From: Lysobacterales bacterium
GTDB lineage: Bacteria > Pseudomonadota > Gammaproteobacteria > Xanthomonadales > SZUA-5
Assembly (NCBI GenBank): GCA_019187485.1
Contig: JABAQR010000032.1
Span: 18,578 to 82,577 of the forward strand
Length of the DNA stretch: 64,000 nucleotides
Direction of reading: 5' to 3'
Every line of letters begins with the position of its first letter. Within the stretch, counting starts at the first letter, position 1. Positions 1-10,200 of the stretch are shown piece by piece. The notes under the pieces were generated by a model. It ran no database searches. It saw only the letters and a list, made by a program, of their open reading frames with translations, and was not told the DNA's origin. The position numbers and the translations under genes were made by a program.

Positions 1-1032
1 TTCCACCGAGTTCGGGCAGGTCTGCACACTGAAATCGGCGGCGTCCGGGCCGGCGATCGAGCAACCGCAGATGTCCAGGCGCAGCGTGCCCTGGTTCTGC
101 ACGCTCAAGATCGCTCCCGGGGCGGGGTTGCCGATGTTCGCCGTGCCGGCATTCAGGCCAACCCCGCTGCCCGGTGTCGAGGCGTACAGCGCTTCGCGCA
201 CGCCGCTGTTGAGGCGCACGTTCTCGATCGGCACGCGCTGGCTGCGCACGTACGGGAACCACAGGTAGCGATTGCCGCCGATCTGGGTCGCGATCACGTC
301 GGCGGCGTTGCTCAGCGTGCGCGTCCACAGCAGCGCGCCGGCGCCGCTGCGCAGATTGGTGTCGACCGCGAGGATGCCGCTGCCGTTGTCGCGGAACACC
401 CATTGCAGCGTGTACCAACCACTCGCGGCGACGACGTAGTGCGGTCCGCCCGCGAGGTTGGTTTGCGGCGCAAAATTGCTGATGTTGCCGGAGCCGACCA
501 GGATCTGCCCACTGGTGTTGCTCGCGGTGAAGAAGATGAAGTCGCGCCGGTGTACGCCGGCCTGGGTATTGACCGCGGCGGTCGCGTCCCAGCCGTAGTC
601 GGCGTTGATGCCGGACAGCACGCGCGGATCGTTGAGGTCGAAGTACACATCCATCTCGACCGTGAAGCCGCCGCCGAAGCCGAGCCGGTAGCCGCCGAGA
701 CGCGTGTAGGCGCCGGTGTTCGCACCGGGCGCGCCCGGCAGTGGCGGCAGCACTTCGGCGTGGAACAGGCCATTGCGCGAAGCGATACCCGAGGTGCCCG
801 TGGCGACGCGGCTGACTTCGGAGTAGTAGCGCACCCAGTCCGGCTCGTTGGTGCCGGGCTGGTACGGCGGGCCGAAGCAGGGCGACTCGAAGCCCTGGAA
901 GTAGCTCGCCGTGCCGGAATTGCCGCGGTCGGTCGCGACCACGTCGTAATCGGGCCAGCGTTCGTCGTAGGCCAGCGCGGCCCCGGACCACGAGGCGAAC
1001 ACGGCCACGAAGGCGAGCAATCGGGTCAGCAT
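1..1032 (-). CDS. secreted hypothetical protein, 3' end beyond the window (first 344 codons present); distal part resembles a choice-of-anchor D domain
   Basis: Absent from the ORF track because it runs off the left edge. Reading the reverse complement from ATG at 1032-1030 gives MLTRLLAFVAVFASWSGAALA (signal peptide). The frame stays open to position 1 with G/C-rich third positions. The last residues, LSVQNQGTLRLDICGCSIAGPDAADFSVQTCPNSVE, fit the pattern I associate with choice-of-anchor D domains. Confidence 0.6.
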   Translation of the reverse strand, partial: MLTRLLAFVAVFASWSGAALAYDERWPDYDVVATDRGNSGTASYFQGFESPCFGPPYQPGTNEPDWVRYYSEVSRVATGTSGIASRNGLFHAEVLPPLPGAPGANTGAYTRLGGYRLGFGGGFTVEMDVYFDLNDPRVLSGINADYGWDATAAVNTQAGVHRRDFIFFTASNTSGQILVGSGNISNFAPQTNLAGGPHYVVAASGWYTLQWVFRDNGSGILAVDTNLRSGAGALLWTRTLSNAADVIATQIGGNRYLWFPYVRSQRVPIENVRLNSGVREALYASTPGSGVGLNAGTANIGNPAPGAILSVQNQGTLRLDICGCSIAGPDAADFSVQTCPNSVE

Positions 1033-1142
1033 GATCGACGTCCCTTTCGAACTGCGCCGAATCGTAATCCCATCCGGACGGAATCGCCACAGGCGCAGGC
1101 GCGCCAGCAGGTAGAATCACGGCATCCATCGGAGCATCCACG

Positions 1143-2603
1143 ATGCGCGCAATCGCGTTGGCGTCCCTGCTGTTCGCTTTCGAAGCCGCCGCCGACAAGG
1201 TAGCCGCCCCGGTGCAGCGCGCACTCATGTTGGGCGACAAGGCGACCGTGCTGGTGACCCTGGCCGAACAGGCGGAACTCGCGAACCTCGCGCGCGAGCG
1301 CCACGGCGACGACCGCCTGATCGCCGCAGTCGCGCGCCTGCGCGAGACCGCGAACCGCAGCCAGGCGCCGCTGCGCGCCTGGCTGGCCGCGCGCGGCGTG
1401 CGCCATCGCGCCTACTGGGTCGCGAACTTCATCTCCCTGGAGGCCGATTCCGAGCTGGTGCAGGCGCTGGCTGCGCGCGAGGACGTGGCGGCGATCGACC
1501 TCGACGCACGCTTCTCGGGGGCGCATCCGGTACAGCAGACGCCGGCCACGCTCAAGGCGATCACCGCCATCGAACCTGGCGTGACGCGAGTCAACGCGCC
1601 TTCCCTGTGGGCGATGGGCTTTCGCGGGCAGGGCGTGCTCATCGCCGGCCAGGACACCGGCTACGACTGGGACCATCCGGCGCTGCAGCGCAGCTACGCC
1701 GGATGGAACGGCAGCAGCGCCAGCCACGACTACCACTGGTTCGACGCGATCACGGTCAACAACGCCAGTTGCAACGGCAATTCGCCGGAGCCCTGCGACG
1801 ACCACAACCACGGCACCCACACGATGGGCACGATGGTCGGCGACGACGGCGCCGGCAACCAGGTCGGCGTGGCGCCGGGCGCACGCTGGATCGGTTGCCG
1901 CAACATGAATGCCGGAAACGGCACCGCGAGCAGCTACGCGAGCTGCTTCCAGTTCTTCCTGGCGCCGACCGACCGCGCCGGCAACAATCCCGACCCGGCG
2001 CGCGCGCCGCACGTGATCAACAACTCCTGGGGCTGTCCGCCGTCGGAGGGCTGCACCGCTCCGGACATCCTGCGCAGCGTGGTCGAGAACGTGCGCGCGG
2101 CGGGCATCCTGGTGGTGGCATCGGCCGGCAACAGCGGATCGTCCTGCTCCTCGGTTTCCGATCCACCGGCGATCTACGCGGCCAGCTACACCGTCGGCAA
2201 TCTCAACGGCAGCGTCGTCGCCAGCACCAGCAGCCGCGGCCCGGTCATGGTCGACGGCAGCAACCGCCTGAAGCCGGAGATCTCGGCACCGGGCACCAAC
2301 GTGCGCTCGAGTGTCCGCAACGGCGGCTACGCCTCGTTCTCCGGTACCAGCATGGCCGGCCCGCATGTCGCCGCCGTCGCCGCGCTGCTGATGTCGGTGG
2401 ACCCGAGCCTGAAGCGCGATCCGGCGCGCATCGAGACGCTGCTCAGCACGACCGCGATCGCCGACATCACGACCACCCAGACCTGCGGCGGCACCGCCGC
2501 ACCGGCCACGGTCCCGAACAATACCTTCGGCCACGGGCGCGTCGACGCCCTGAATGCGGCGCGTGCGGGCCTCGGCCTGCTGAATGCATCGGGCTTCGAA
2601 TGA
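1143..2603 (+). CDS. secreted S8 family (subtilisin-like) serine peptidase
   Basis: Signal peptide MRAIALASLLFAFEAAA. Catalytic triad motifs are present: AGQDTGYDWDHP (Asp), HNHGTHTMGT (His), FSGTSMAGPHVAA (Ser). ATG at 1143 has GGAG 8 nt upstream. Confidence 0.9.
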   Translation: MRAIALASLLFAFEAAADKVAAPVQRALMLGDKATVLVTLAEQAELANLARERHGDDRLIAAVARLRETANRSQAPLRAWLAARGVRHRAYWVANFISLEADSELVQALAAREDVAAIDLDARFSGAHPVQQTPATLKAITAIEPGVTRVNAPSLWAMGFRGQGVLIAGQDTGYDWDHPALQRSYAGWNGSSASHDYHWFDAITVNNASCNGNSPEPCDDHNHGTHTMGTMVGDDGAGNQVGVAPGARWIGCRNMNAGNGTASSYASCFQFFLAPTDRAGNNPDPARAPHVINNSWGCPPSEGCTAPDILRSVVENVRAAGILVVASAGNSGSSCSSVSDPPAIYAASYTVGNLNGSVVASTSSRGPVMVDGSNRLKPEISAPGTNVRSSVRNGGYASFSGTSMAGPHVAAVAALLMSVDPSLKRDPARIETLLSTTAIADITTTQTCGGTAAPATVPNNTFGHGRVDALNAARAGLGLLNASGFE

Positions 2604-2860
2604 TGCGCGGACCCCTTCCGCGAGCGATGAATCGCGGTCGTTCCGTTCGGGGCTGAAGAGCGTTTTACGCAAAGGAGAGCGAAAGCAGAATCATCCTCCC
2701 TCTCGTGCTCTTCCTTGCGGCCAACGCTTTTGTGGCCTGGTCCGGGGAAATCCGACGCATTGCGGCGTAGGCCGGGGTGTCCCGCAGCAGCTCACCGGTC
2801 GGCGTCGGCAACGCCTGTTGCATCCGTTGCAGATGGGTGGTCGATGGGATCGGAATGCAG

Positions 2861-2880
2861 GGGCGCGATTCATCGCGCCC
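2861..2880 (-). terminator. hairpin just downstream of ubiB stop (gggcgcga-ttca-tcgcgccc)
   Basis: Perfect 8-bp GC stem with a 4-nt loop, 20 nt after the ubiB stop codon. There is no clean U tract, so intrinsic-terminator function is uncertain. Confidence 0.35.
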
Positions 2881-2899
2881 GTGAAGGCGCCGCTCCACC

Positions 2900-4564
2900 T
2901 CAGCGTCCCAACCGCCGCGGCCAGGCCGCCAGGAAGGCCCACACCGCGCCGAGCGCTGCCAGACCCGCGGCGCCCGGCACACCGAGCACCTTGGGGCCGC
3001 CGGCATCGAAGGCAAACAGGATGCCGGCGACGATCAACAGGCCGCTGCCGAGGATCGCGAGCACGGTCTGGCGCTGGCCCTGGCGGGTCACCACGATCAG
3101 TTTCTGGATGTCCGGCGAGTGCATCCGCAACTGGTGCTCGCCGGCAACCGACTGCTTGAGGTGCTGGTGCAGCAGGCGCGGGATCTCCGGCGCGTTCTGG
3201 ATCCAACCCGGCAGGCGCGTACGCAACTCGCGCGCGGCGGCTGCCAGACCGTACTTCTGCGCCATGATGCCGGCCAGCACCGGCCGTGCGACCGACCACA
3301 GGTCCAGCTTCGGGAACAGCGTGCGCGCCAGGCCCTCGATGTTCAGCAGGGTCTTCTGCAACAGGATCAGTTGCGGCTGGATCGTCAACTGGTACTGCTG
3401 CGCGACCGCAAAGATCTTCAGCAGCACTTCGCCGAGCGAGATCTCCGACAGCGGGCGCGTGAAATAGGGCTCGCAGACGCCGCGCACCGCGCCTTCGAGG
3501 TCGTCGATGCGGATGTGCGCGGGCATCCAGCCGGCCTCCAGGTGCAACTCGGCGATGCGCCGGTAGTCCCGGGTGAACATCGCCATGAAGTTCTCGGCGA
3601 GGTAGCGCTGGTCGGTCGGAGGCAGCGTGCCCATGATCCCGAAGTCGAGCGCGATGAACAGCGGGTCCTCGGGATGCTCGCGCGCGATCAGCACGTTGCC
3701 CGGGTGCAGGTCGGCGTGGAAGAAGTTGTCGCGGAAGACCTGGGTGTAGAACAGCCGCACCGCGCACTCGGCGAGCTTCTCGAAGTCGACGCCGGCGGCG
3801 CGCAGGCCGTCGAGGTCGTTGAGCGGGATGCCGTAGACGCGTTCCATCGTGATCATGCGCGTGCGCGTCAGCGGCCACAGCATCTCCGGGACGTACATCT
3901 CGCGCGAACCCAGCCAATTGCGGCGCAGCAGGCTGCCGTTCGCGGCCTCGCGCATCAGGTCGAGTTCCAGCCGCAGCGTGCGCTCGATCTCGGCGACCAC
4001 CTCCTTCGGACGGATGCGCTCGGCGTGCGTCAGGCGCCGCTCGGCGATGCCGGCCATCGCCCGCAGCAGCCCCAGGTCCTGCTCGACGCGCTCGCCGATC
4101 TGCGGCCGCAGCACCTTGATGACGACCTCGCGACCGTCGTGCAGCCTTGCCGCATGCACCTGCGCGATCGAGGCCGAGGCCAGCGGCGTCTCGTCGAAGC
4201 TCGCGTAGTGCTGTGCGATCGGTGCGCCCAGTTCGGCCTCGACCAGCTCTCGCGCCTGCGCGCCGGGAAAGGGCGCGACGCGGTCCTGCAGCCGCTCCAG
4301 CTCGTCGGCGACATCCGGTGGCAGCAGGTCGCGACGGGTCGACAGGATCTGCCCGAACTTGACGAAGATCGGCCCGAGTTCCTCGAGCGCGCGCCGCAGG
4401 CGCTCGCCTCGCCCCATCGCCGCCGCACCCGGCGCCTCGCCGAGCAGCGTGCGCAACCACGACAGCGGCCGGAACAGCCGCGCCGCCGGCGTCACCTCAT
4501 CCAGCCGGTAACGCACCAGCACGCGGCTGATGCGCAGCAGGCGGCGGAAGGCGGAGAAGTTCAT
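2900..4564 (-). CDS. ubiB: ubiquinone biosynthesis regulatory protein kinase UbiB (ABC1/ADCK family)
   Basis: Full-length ABC1 atypical-kinase pattern: [36 protein letters not shown]. Two C-terminal TM helices. Start moved to the internal ATG ([10 protein letters not shown]), giving 554 aa, close to E. coli UbiB. Lies downstream of ubiJ. Confidence 0.9.
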   Translation of the reverse strand: MNFSAFRRLLRISRVLVRYRLDEVTPAARLFRPLSWLRTLLGEAPGAAAMGRGERLRRALEELGPIFVKFGQILSTRRDLLPPDVADELERLQDRVAPFPGAQARELVEAELGAPIAQHYASFDETPLASASIAQVHAARLHDGREVVIKVLRPQIGERVEQDLGLLRAMAGIAERRLTHAERIRPKEVVAEIERTLRLELDLMREAANGSLLRRNWLGSREMYVPEMLWPLTRTRMITMERVYGIPLNDLDGLRAAGVDFEKLAECAVRLFYTQVFRDNFFHADLHPGNVLIAREHPEDPLFIALDFGIMGTLPPTDQRYLAENFMAMFTRDYRRIAELHLEAGWMPAHIRIDDLEGAVRGVCEPYFTRPLSEISLGEVLLKIFAVAQQYQLTIQPQLILLQKTLLNIEGLARTLFPKLDLWSVARPVLAGIMAQKYGLAAAARELRTRLPGWIQNAPEIPRLLHQHLKQSVAGEHQLRMHSPDIQKLIVVTRQGQRQTVLAILGSGLLIVAGILFAFDAGGPKVLGVPGAAGLAALGAVWAFLAAWPRRLGR

Positions 4565-4591
4565 GCCGGTCCGGTGCGGGTCGCGGCGGAA

Positions 4592-4727
4592 CGGTGAAAA
4601 GGGCACGAGGGTACGAGGGCACGAGGGCACGTGAAGGTGGGCATCCGTTGTCCGAAGCGACTCCATTCCCGCCGGGCGCACCGCCGGCTCCCGCGACCGC
4701 GCTTGCGCGTGTCCTCCCGTTTCACCG
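4592..4727. repeat. intercistronic inverted-repeat element with four tandem octamers (GGGCACGA-like, 4601-4632)
   Basis: Terminal arms cggtgaaaaggg (4592-4603) and cccgtttcaccg (4716-4727) are 11/12 complementary. Internal units are gggcacga gggtacga gggcacga gggcacgt. The element fills the 157-nt ubiJ-ubiB spacer, and the right arm overlaps the ubiJ stop codon. Confidence 0.6.
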
Positions 4728-5336
4728 TCTGCCCCGAGCCACCTGCTCGATGCGCGCTTCCAGACGCTCGACGTCGTCGCGCAGCGTGTCCACCTCGTCC
4801 ACGAAGTCCGCCATTTCGCCCGGCGCGACCAGGTCGCGCGATTCTTCGCGCAGGTACTCGGTGGAATTCAGCAGCATGGCCTTCGCGGTCGCACGCCCCC
4901 AGTTCAGCGCACCGCGCAGGCCCCTGGCGATCTGATGACCGGCGACTTCGCCGAAGAAGTCGGCGAGCGGGCGATCCCAGTCCGGATCGAGTTGCCGCAC
5001 AAGCTTCTGCACACGGCGCGCGAGATCGGCGTCGCCGGCGATGTCGATGCGTCCGGCCGGCAGCTCGAAGCCGCCGCGCTCGGCGGCCAGCGCCAGCAGT
5101 GCGCCCGGGGTCGCCGCAAGCGTCAGATCGGGCTGTGCCGCGTCGCTGGCGGCCAGACGTCCTTCCACGACGCGCAATTGCAGCGGCGAGGGCCAGGGCT
5201 TCAATTGCAGCGAGACGCTGCGACCTTCGAGTGGCACGAGCGCAGCGGCCGCGCCCGAATCGAGCGCGAGCACGCGGTTCAGCGCGCCCTCGACCAGGCG
5301 CAACAGCGGAGCAGGCCAGCGGGGTACGGCGGACAT
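4722..5336 (-). CDS. ubiJ: ubiquinone biosynthesis accessory factor UbiJ (SCP2-like)
   Basis: 204 aa, the same length class as E. coli UbiJ. N-terminal SCP2-like region, a central GD..LA motif region ([39 protein letters not shown]) and a C-terminal coiled coil. Sits immediately upstream of ubiB. Confidence 0.75.
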   Translation of the reverse strand: MSAVPRWPAPLLRLVEGALNRVLALDSGAAAALVPLEGRSVSLQLKPWPSPLQLRVVEGRLAASDAAQPDLTLAATPGALLALAAERGGFELPAGRIDIAGDADLARRVQKLVRQLDPDWDRPLADFFGEVAGHQIARGLRGALNWGRATAKAMLLNSTEYLREESRDLVAPGEMADFVDEVDTLRDDVERLEARIEQVARGRR

Positions 5337-5479
5337 GAGGGCAGCGTTGGAACGGACACTGCGGCGATGCTACCCCGGACCTTCCATGCGGTCGCGGGAA
5401 AAAGACGCGTCTGCCTCCCGGGGCCAGCCGCCGCCGCGGAACCGGCCGTCGGCTGCTGTCGGGCGGTTGCTGCGGAAAC

Positions 5480-5508
5480 TTGCCGGTGACAGGGAAGCGG
5501 AGTAATGT
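5480..5508 (+). promoter_or_regulatory. putative sigma-70 promoter (TTGCCG-N17-TAATGT)
   Basis: The -35 hexamer ttgccg is at 5480-5485 and the -10 hexamer taatgt at 5503-5508, with exactly 17 nt between them. It points toward the DUF465 gene about 200 nt downstream. Confidence 0.3.
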
Positions 5509-5709
5509 GGTCGCGCCCCACGGCTTCCGAGGGCTTCGATGCTCCGATGCAGCGCGCGCCATTCACCGGCTCCCTTCGCACCGAAGGCCGGTGGCGCGTA
5601 CCCGGAGTGCATCGTTCCGCGACCGCAACCGCTCGTTCCGCGCTCCGCGCGGCGCGTCGCCGTGCGCGCAATCCAGTCCATGCAATACAGCCTCAAAGGA
5701 GGGTTGGAG

Positions 5710-5925
5710 ATGTTCGAAAACCAAAACCCCGACGATGTCCAGGCAATGATCGAATGCAACGACGAGTTCCGCCGGCTGTACCAGCGTCACCGCGACCTCG
5801 ACAAGCAGGTGCTGGATGCCGAACTCGGTGTGCGTCCGATGGACGACATGACGTTGCACACGCTGAAGAAGGAAAAGCTGCGGGCCAAGGACCGTCTCAC
5901 CTTCATGTGGGAGCACCGCGGCTGA
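5710..5925 (+). CDS. DUF465 (YdcH-like) small protein
   Basis: MFENQNPDDVQAMIECNDEFRRLYQRHRDLDKQV... is a typical DUF465 sequence. ATG at 5710 is preceded by AAGGAGG at 5695-5701. The upstream extension in the track is rejected. Confidence 0.8.
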   Translation: MFENQNPDDVQAMIECNDEFRRLYQRHRDLDKQVLDAELGVRPMDDMTLHTLKKEKLRAKDRLTFMWEHRG

Positions 5926-5949
5926 AACCGCCGCAGTCGGGCCGGTTTC
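5924..5949 (+). terminator. hairpin overlapping the DUF465 stop codon (gaaaccg...cggtttc)
   Basis: A 7-9 bp stem starts within the stop codon and is followed by ggccg. No U tract. Confidence 0.35.
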
Positions 5950-6174
5950 GGCCGACGCTCGATCGCGACGGGTGCCGGTGGGTGGTGGCCTTGATGCCGG
6001 CTGTGTTGTGGCCGGTAGCTTCCGGTGGTGGCATTTTTCCGATCGGTTGACGAGATGTCGCAGCCGCGGCTGTGCCGGGCGGATGTCCGGGCGCGCCGTG
6101 GCGGATCTGCATGCATTGTCTTTGCGGCTGCTGCGGATACACTCGCCGGCTCTTTCACGGACGCGAAACCGGTT

Positions 6175-7245
6175 GTGCAGGACGCTCCCAAGACCTCGTT
6201 CATCCGAGTATTCATGTTTGGCGCCGGCATCGCCGGTGCACTCTGCGGCTGCGGCGACGTTCCGGGTCCCGGCACGTCGTCCGGCGGACTCAAACCCGCT
6301 CCGGTGACGCTGCACGTGGTCACCAGCAGCCAATGGGTAGACCGCATCCAGGCGCTGGGCACGGCGCGCGCGAACGAGTCGGTGACGCTGACCGCCAAGA
6401 CCGCCGAGACGGTCGCACGGATCCATTTCAGCGATGGCGCCCAGGTCCGGGCAGGCGACGTGCTGGTCGAACTCACCGACCGTGCCGAACTCGCACAACT
6501 GAAGGAAGCCCAGGCCGCCTACCTGGAGGCTGAAAAGCAATACGAGCGTCTGCGCGGGCTGGTCGAACAAGGGACGGTCACGCGCTCGCAGGTGGATCAG
6601 CAACTGGCCACACGCGACGCCGCACGGGCGCGCATGGAAGCGATCCGCGTGCGCCTCTCCGATCGCGTGATCAGCGCGCCTTTCGCCGGTGTGCTCGGAT
6701 TCCGCAGCGTCAGCCCGGGGACGCTGGTGCAGCCGGGCACGGTGATCACCACCCTCGACGACATCAGCGCGATCAAGCTGGATTTCTCGGTGCCGGAGAC
6801 TTTCCTGGCAGCGCTGGCGCCTGGACAGATGATCGCGGCCAGGAGCGTGGCCTGGCCGGAGCGCGCCTTCACCGGCGTGGTGAGCTCGCTCGACTCGCGC
6901 GTCGATCCGCTGACGCGAGCGATCATGGTGCGTGCGCAGCTGCCTAATCCCGAGCATCTGCTGAAGCCGGGGATGCTGCTGAGCGTGGAGGTCATCGACC
7001 GCCCGCGAGCTTCGTTGTCCGTGCCCGAGGTGGCGGTATCGGCCCTGCGCGAACGCACCTTCGTCTACCGCGTGGGTACGGACGGCATCGCCCGCGAGGT
7101 CGACGTGCGCATCGGCGCGCGTCGCAGCGGCGAAGTCGAGATCCTCGAAGGTCTCACCGCCGGCGACCGCGTGGTCACCGACGGTCTGGTGCGCATGCGC
7201 GACGGGGTGCCGGTGCGGGCGGTCGAGCCAGCGGCCGGAGGCTGA
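6175..7245 (+). CDS. RND efflux periplasmic adaptor (membrane fusion protein, HlyD/AcrA family)
   Basis: Lipoprotein-like N-terminus (FMFGAGIAGALCGCG). Beta-barrel/lipoyl/coiled-coil pattern: RIHFSDGAQVRAGDVLVEL, EAQAAYLEAEKQYERLRGL, ISAPFAGVLG. The start is uncertain: GTG 6175 or ATG 6214. The gene ends 5 nt before the RND pump. Confidence 0.85.
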   Translation: MQDAPKTSFIRVFMFGAGIAGALCGCGDVPGPGTSSGGLKPAPVTLHVVTSSQWVDRIQALGTARANESVTLTAKTAETVARIHFSDGAQVRAGDVLVELTDRAELAQLKEAQAAYLEAEKQYERLRGLVEQGTVTRSQVDQQLATRDAARARMEAIRVRLSDRVISAPFAGVLGFRSVSPGTLVQPGTVITTLDDISAIKLDFSVPETFLAALAPGQMIAARSVAWPERAFTGVVSSLDSRVDPLTRAIMVRAQLPNPEHLLKPGMLLSVEVIDRPRASLSVPEVAVSALRERTFVYRVGTDGIAREVDVRIGARRSGEVEILEGLTAGDRVVTDGLVRMRDGVPVRAVEPAAGG

Positions 7246-7250
7246 GCGCG

Positions 7251-10200
7251 ATGCTGATTTCCGAACTTTCCATCCGGCGCCCGGTATTGGCCACGGTCGC
7301 CAGCCTGCTGCTGATCGTCTGCGGCATCGCCGCCTTCCTGAACCTGCCGCTGCGCGAGCTGCCGGACGTCGATCCACCGGTGGTCTCGGTCGGCACGGCC
7401 TACCGCGGAGCTGCCGCGGCGATCATCGAAACCCGCATCACCCGGATCATCGAGGATGCGATCAGCGGCATCGAGGGCATCGAGACGATCGCCTCGTCGT
7501 CCGACAATGGACGCTCTTCGGTGACCGTCCAGTTCGCCCTGGGCCGCGACCTGGAGGCCGCCACCAACGATGTGCGCGATGCGATCAGTCGCGTCAGCGC
7601 GAGCCTGCCGGCCGACATCGATCCGCCGCAGGTGGCGAAGGTTGATGCCGACGCGCAGCCGGTGCTGTGGCTGAACTTCGCCTCGGATCGGCTGGACGCG
7701 CTGGCGCTCTCCGACTATGCCGAGCGCCACCTGGTGGATCGGCTGTCGACCATGCCCGGGGTCGCCAGCGTCACCGTCGGCGGCCGCCAGCGGTACGCGA
7801 TGCGCATCTGGCTCAGCCGCGAGGCGCTCGCCGCGCGTGGACTGACGGTTTCCGATGTGGTCGCCGCGCTGCGGCGCGAGAACGTCGAGCTGCCGGCGGG
7901 AATGATCGAGGCGGCGCAGCGCGATTTCAGCGTGCGCATCGACCGCAGCTATCGCTCGCCGGAGCAGTTCGCGCAACTGCCGATGACCAAGGGCCGCGAC
8001 GGCCACATCGTGCGCCTGGGCGAGGTCGCCCGGATCGAACTTGGCGCCACCGACCGCCGCAACCTGTTCCGCGGCAACGGCAGGCAACAGGTTGGCCTCG
8101 GCGTGATCAAGCAATCGACCGCCAACACCGTGACCGTTGCCCAGGCGGTGCGCGCCGAAACCGAGCGCATCGCCGCCTCACTGCCGGAAGACATGCACCT
8201 GGTGGTTGCCTTCGACAGTTCGGTGTTCATCGACCGCTCGATCCGCGAAGTGTGGTTCACGCTCGCGATCACAGTGGCGCTGGTGATCGGCGTGATCTAC
8301 CTGTTCCTCGGTTCCTGGCGTGCCGCGCTGATCCCGGCGGTGACCATTCCGGTGTGCGTCGTGGCCACCTTCATCGGCCTCTACGCTTTCGATTTCTCGA
8401 TCAACCTGATCACGCTGCTGGCGCTGGTGCTGTGTATCGGTCTGGTGGTGGACGATGCCATCGTGGTGCTCGAAAACTGCCAGCGGCGCGTCGACCTGGG
8501 CGAGCCACCGCTGGTGGCCGCGCAGCGCGGCACGCGCCAGGTGGCTTTCGCGGTGATCGCGACCACCGCCGTGCTGGTCAGCGTGTTCCTGCCGATCGCC
8601 TTTCTGAAGGGCAACCTCGGCGTGCTCTTCCGCGAGCTCGGCGTCGCCCTGTCGACCTCGGTGGCGGTTTCGGGCCTGGTGGCGCTGTCGCTGTCGGCGA
8701 TGCTGTGCAGCAAGCTGCTGGTGCGCAGCGAAGGCCACACCGGCCTCGCGCGCTGGGTGGACACGCGCTTCCGCATGCTCGAGGGTGCTTACCGGCGTGC
8801 GCTCGAAGGTACGGTGCGGCGCGTCGGCCTGCTTGGTGCGGTGGTGCTCGGCGCGGTCGCCGCCAGCGTCGGGCTGTATGTCCTCACCCCCAAGGAGCTG
8901 ACGCCGCCGGAGGACCAGGGCAATTTCTTCATCAGCGTCAACGGTCCGGAGGGCGCCGGCTTCGATTACACCGTGGAACAGGCGCTCGCGGTGGAGGCGC
9001 CGCTGATGCGGGCGATCGACGAGGGACTGGCCTCGCGCGTGATCGTGCGCGCACCGCGCGGGATGGGCGGCGCTACCAGCGAGGACATGCACACGGCGAT
9101 GGCGATCCTGTTCCTCGCCCCCTGGGGTGAGCGCCCGCCCGCTTTCGAGATCCAGCGCCGGCTGCAGGCCGAACTCGACCAGATCCCGGGCGTGCGCGCC
9201 CAGGTGACCATGCGTACCGGCCTGCAACGCGGCGGCGGCGGCAATCAGCCGGTACAGTTCGTCATTGGCGGACCCGATTACGCGACCCTGGCGCAATGGC
9301 AGGACAAGGTGCTGCGGCGTGCCGAACAGTTGCCGGGCCTGATCGGCGTCGACAGCGACTACAAGGAAACCCGCCCGCAGTTGCGCGTGGCGATTGATCG
9401 GCAGCGCGCCGCCGACCTCGGGGTCTCGGTGCAGGAGATCGGCAGCACCCTGGAAACCATGCTCGGCTCACGCCGGGTCACCACCTTCGAACGCGCCGGC
9501 GAGGAATACGACGTGATGCTGCAGGCCGAACGTGCGGACCGTTCGGATCCCTCCGATCTCGCCAACCTCTACGTGCGCAGCGAGCGCAGCGGCGAGCTGG
9601 TGCCGCTCGGCAATCTCGTCGCGCTGCGCGAACTCGCCGACTCCGGCGAACTCGACCGCTTCAACCGCATCCGCTCGATCACGATCCAGGCACGCCTGGC
9701 GCCTGGTTATTCGCTCGGCCAGGCGCTCGCCGACCTCGAGCAGATCGCGCGCGAGGAACTGCCGGCGCAGGCACGGATCGACTACCGCGGCGAATCGCGT
9801 GACTACCGCGCCGCCGGCAGCGACGTGCTGCTGACCTTCGCGCTCGCCATGCTGGTGGTCTACCTGGTGCTCGCGGCGCAGTTCGAGAGCTTCGTCCATC
9901 CCTTCGTGATCATGCTGACGGTGCCGCTCGCGGTGCTCGGTGCGCTGCTGGCGCTGTTCGGCTGGGGTCAGTTGGCGCCACGGCTCGGCGCAACGGGCCT
10001 CGGCGCCACGCTGAACCTGTACAGCCAGGTCGGCATCGTCATCCTGATCGGCATCGCCACCAAGAACGGCATCCTCATCGTCGAGTTCGCGAACCAGTTG
10101 CGCGACGCCGGACGCAGCATCCACGAAGCGGTCCTCGAAGCCTCGGTGCTGCGCCTGCGACCGATCCTGATGACTTCGATCGCGACCGCCATCGGCGCCC

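Noticed and set aside
1026-2672. 548-aa minus-strand ORF covering the S8 protease locus
   Set aside because: It is antisense to a gene with clear catalytic motifs. Its translation is Arg/Ala/Gly-rich low complexity with no motifs. This is a typical stop-codon-poor antisense frame in high-GC DNA.
2691-4597. Alternative-frame ORFs (589 aa minus strand, 492 aa plus strand) over ubiB
   Set aside because: They overlap the UbiB frame, which carries the kinase motifs. The alternatives are low-complexity.
4601-4632. Possible CRISPR array (also considered for the tandem repeats at 51786 and 60764)
   Set aside because: The units are 6-8 nt and directly abutting with no spacers. No cas genes are present in the window.
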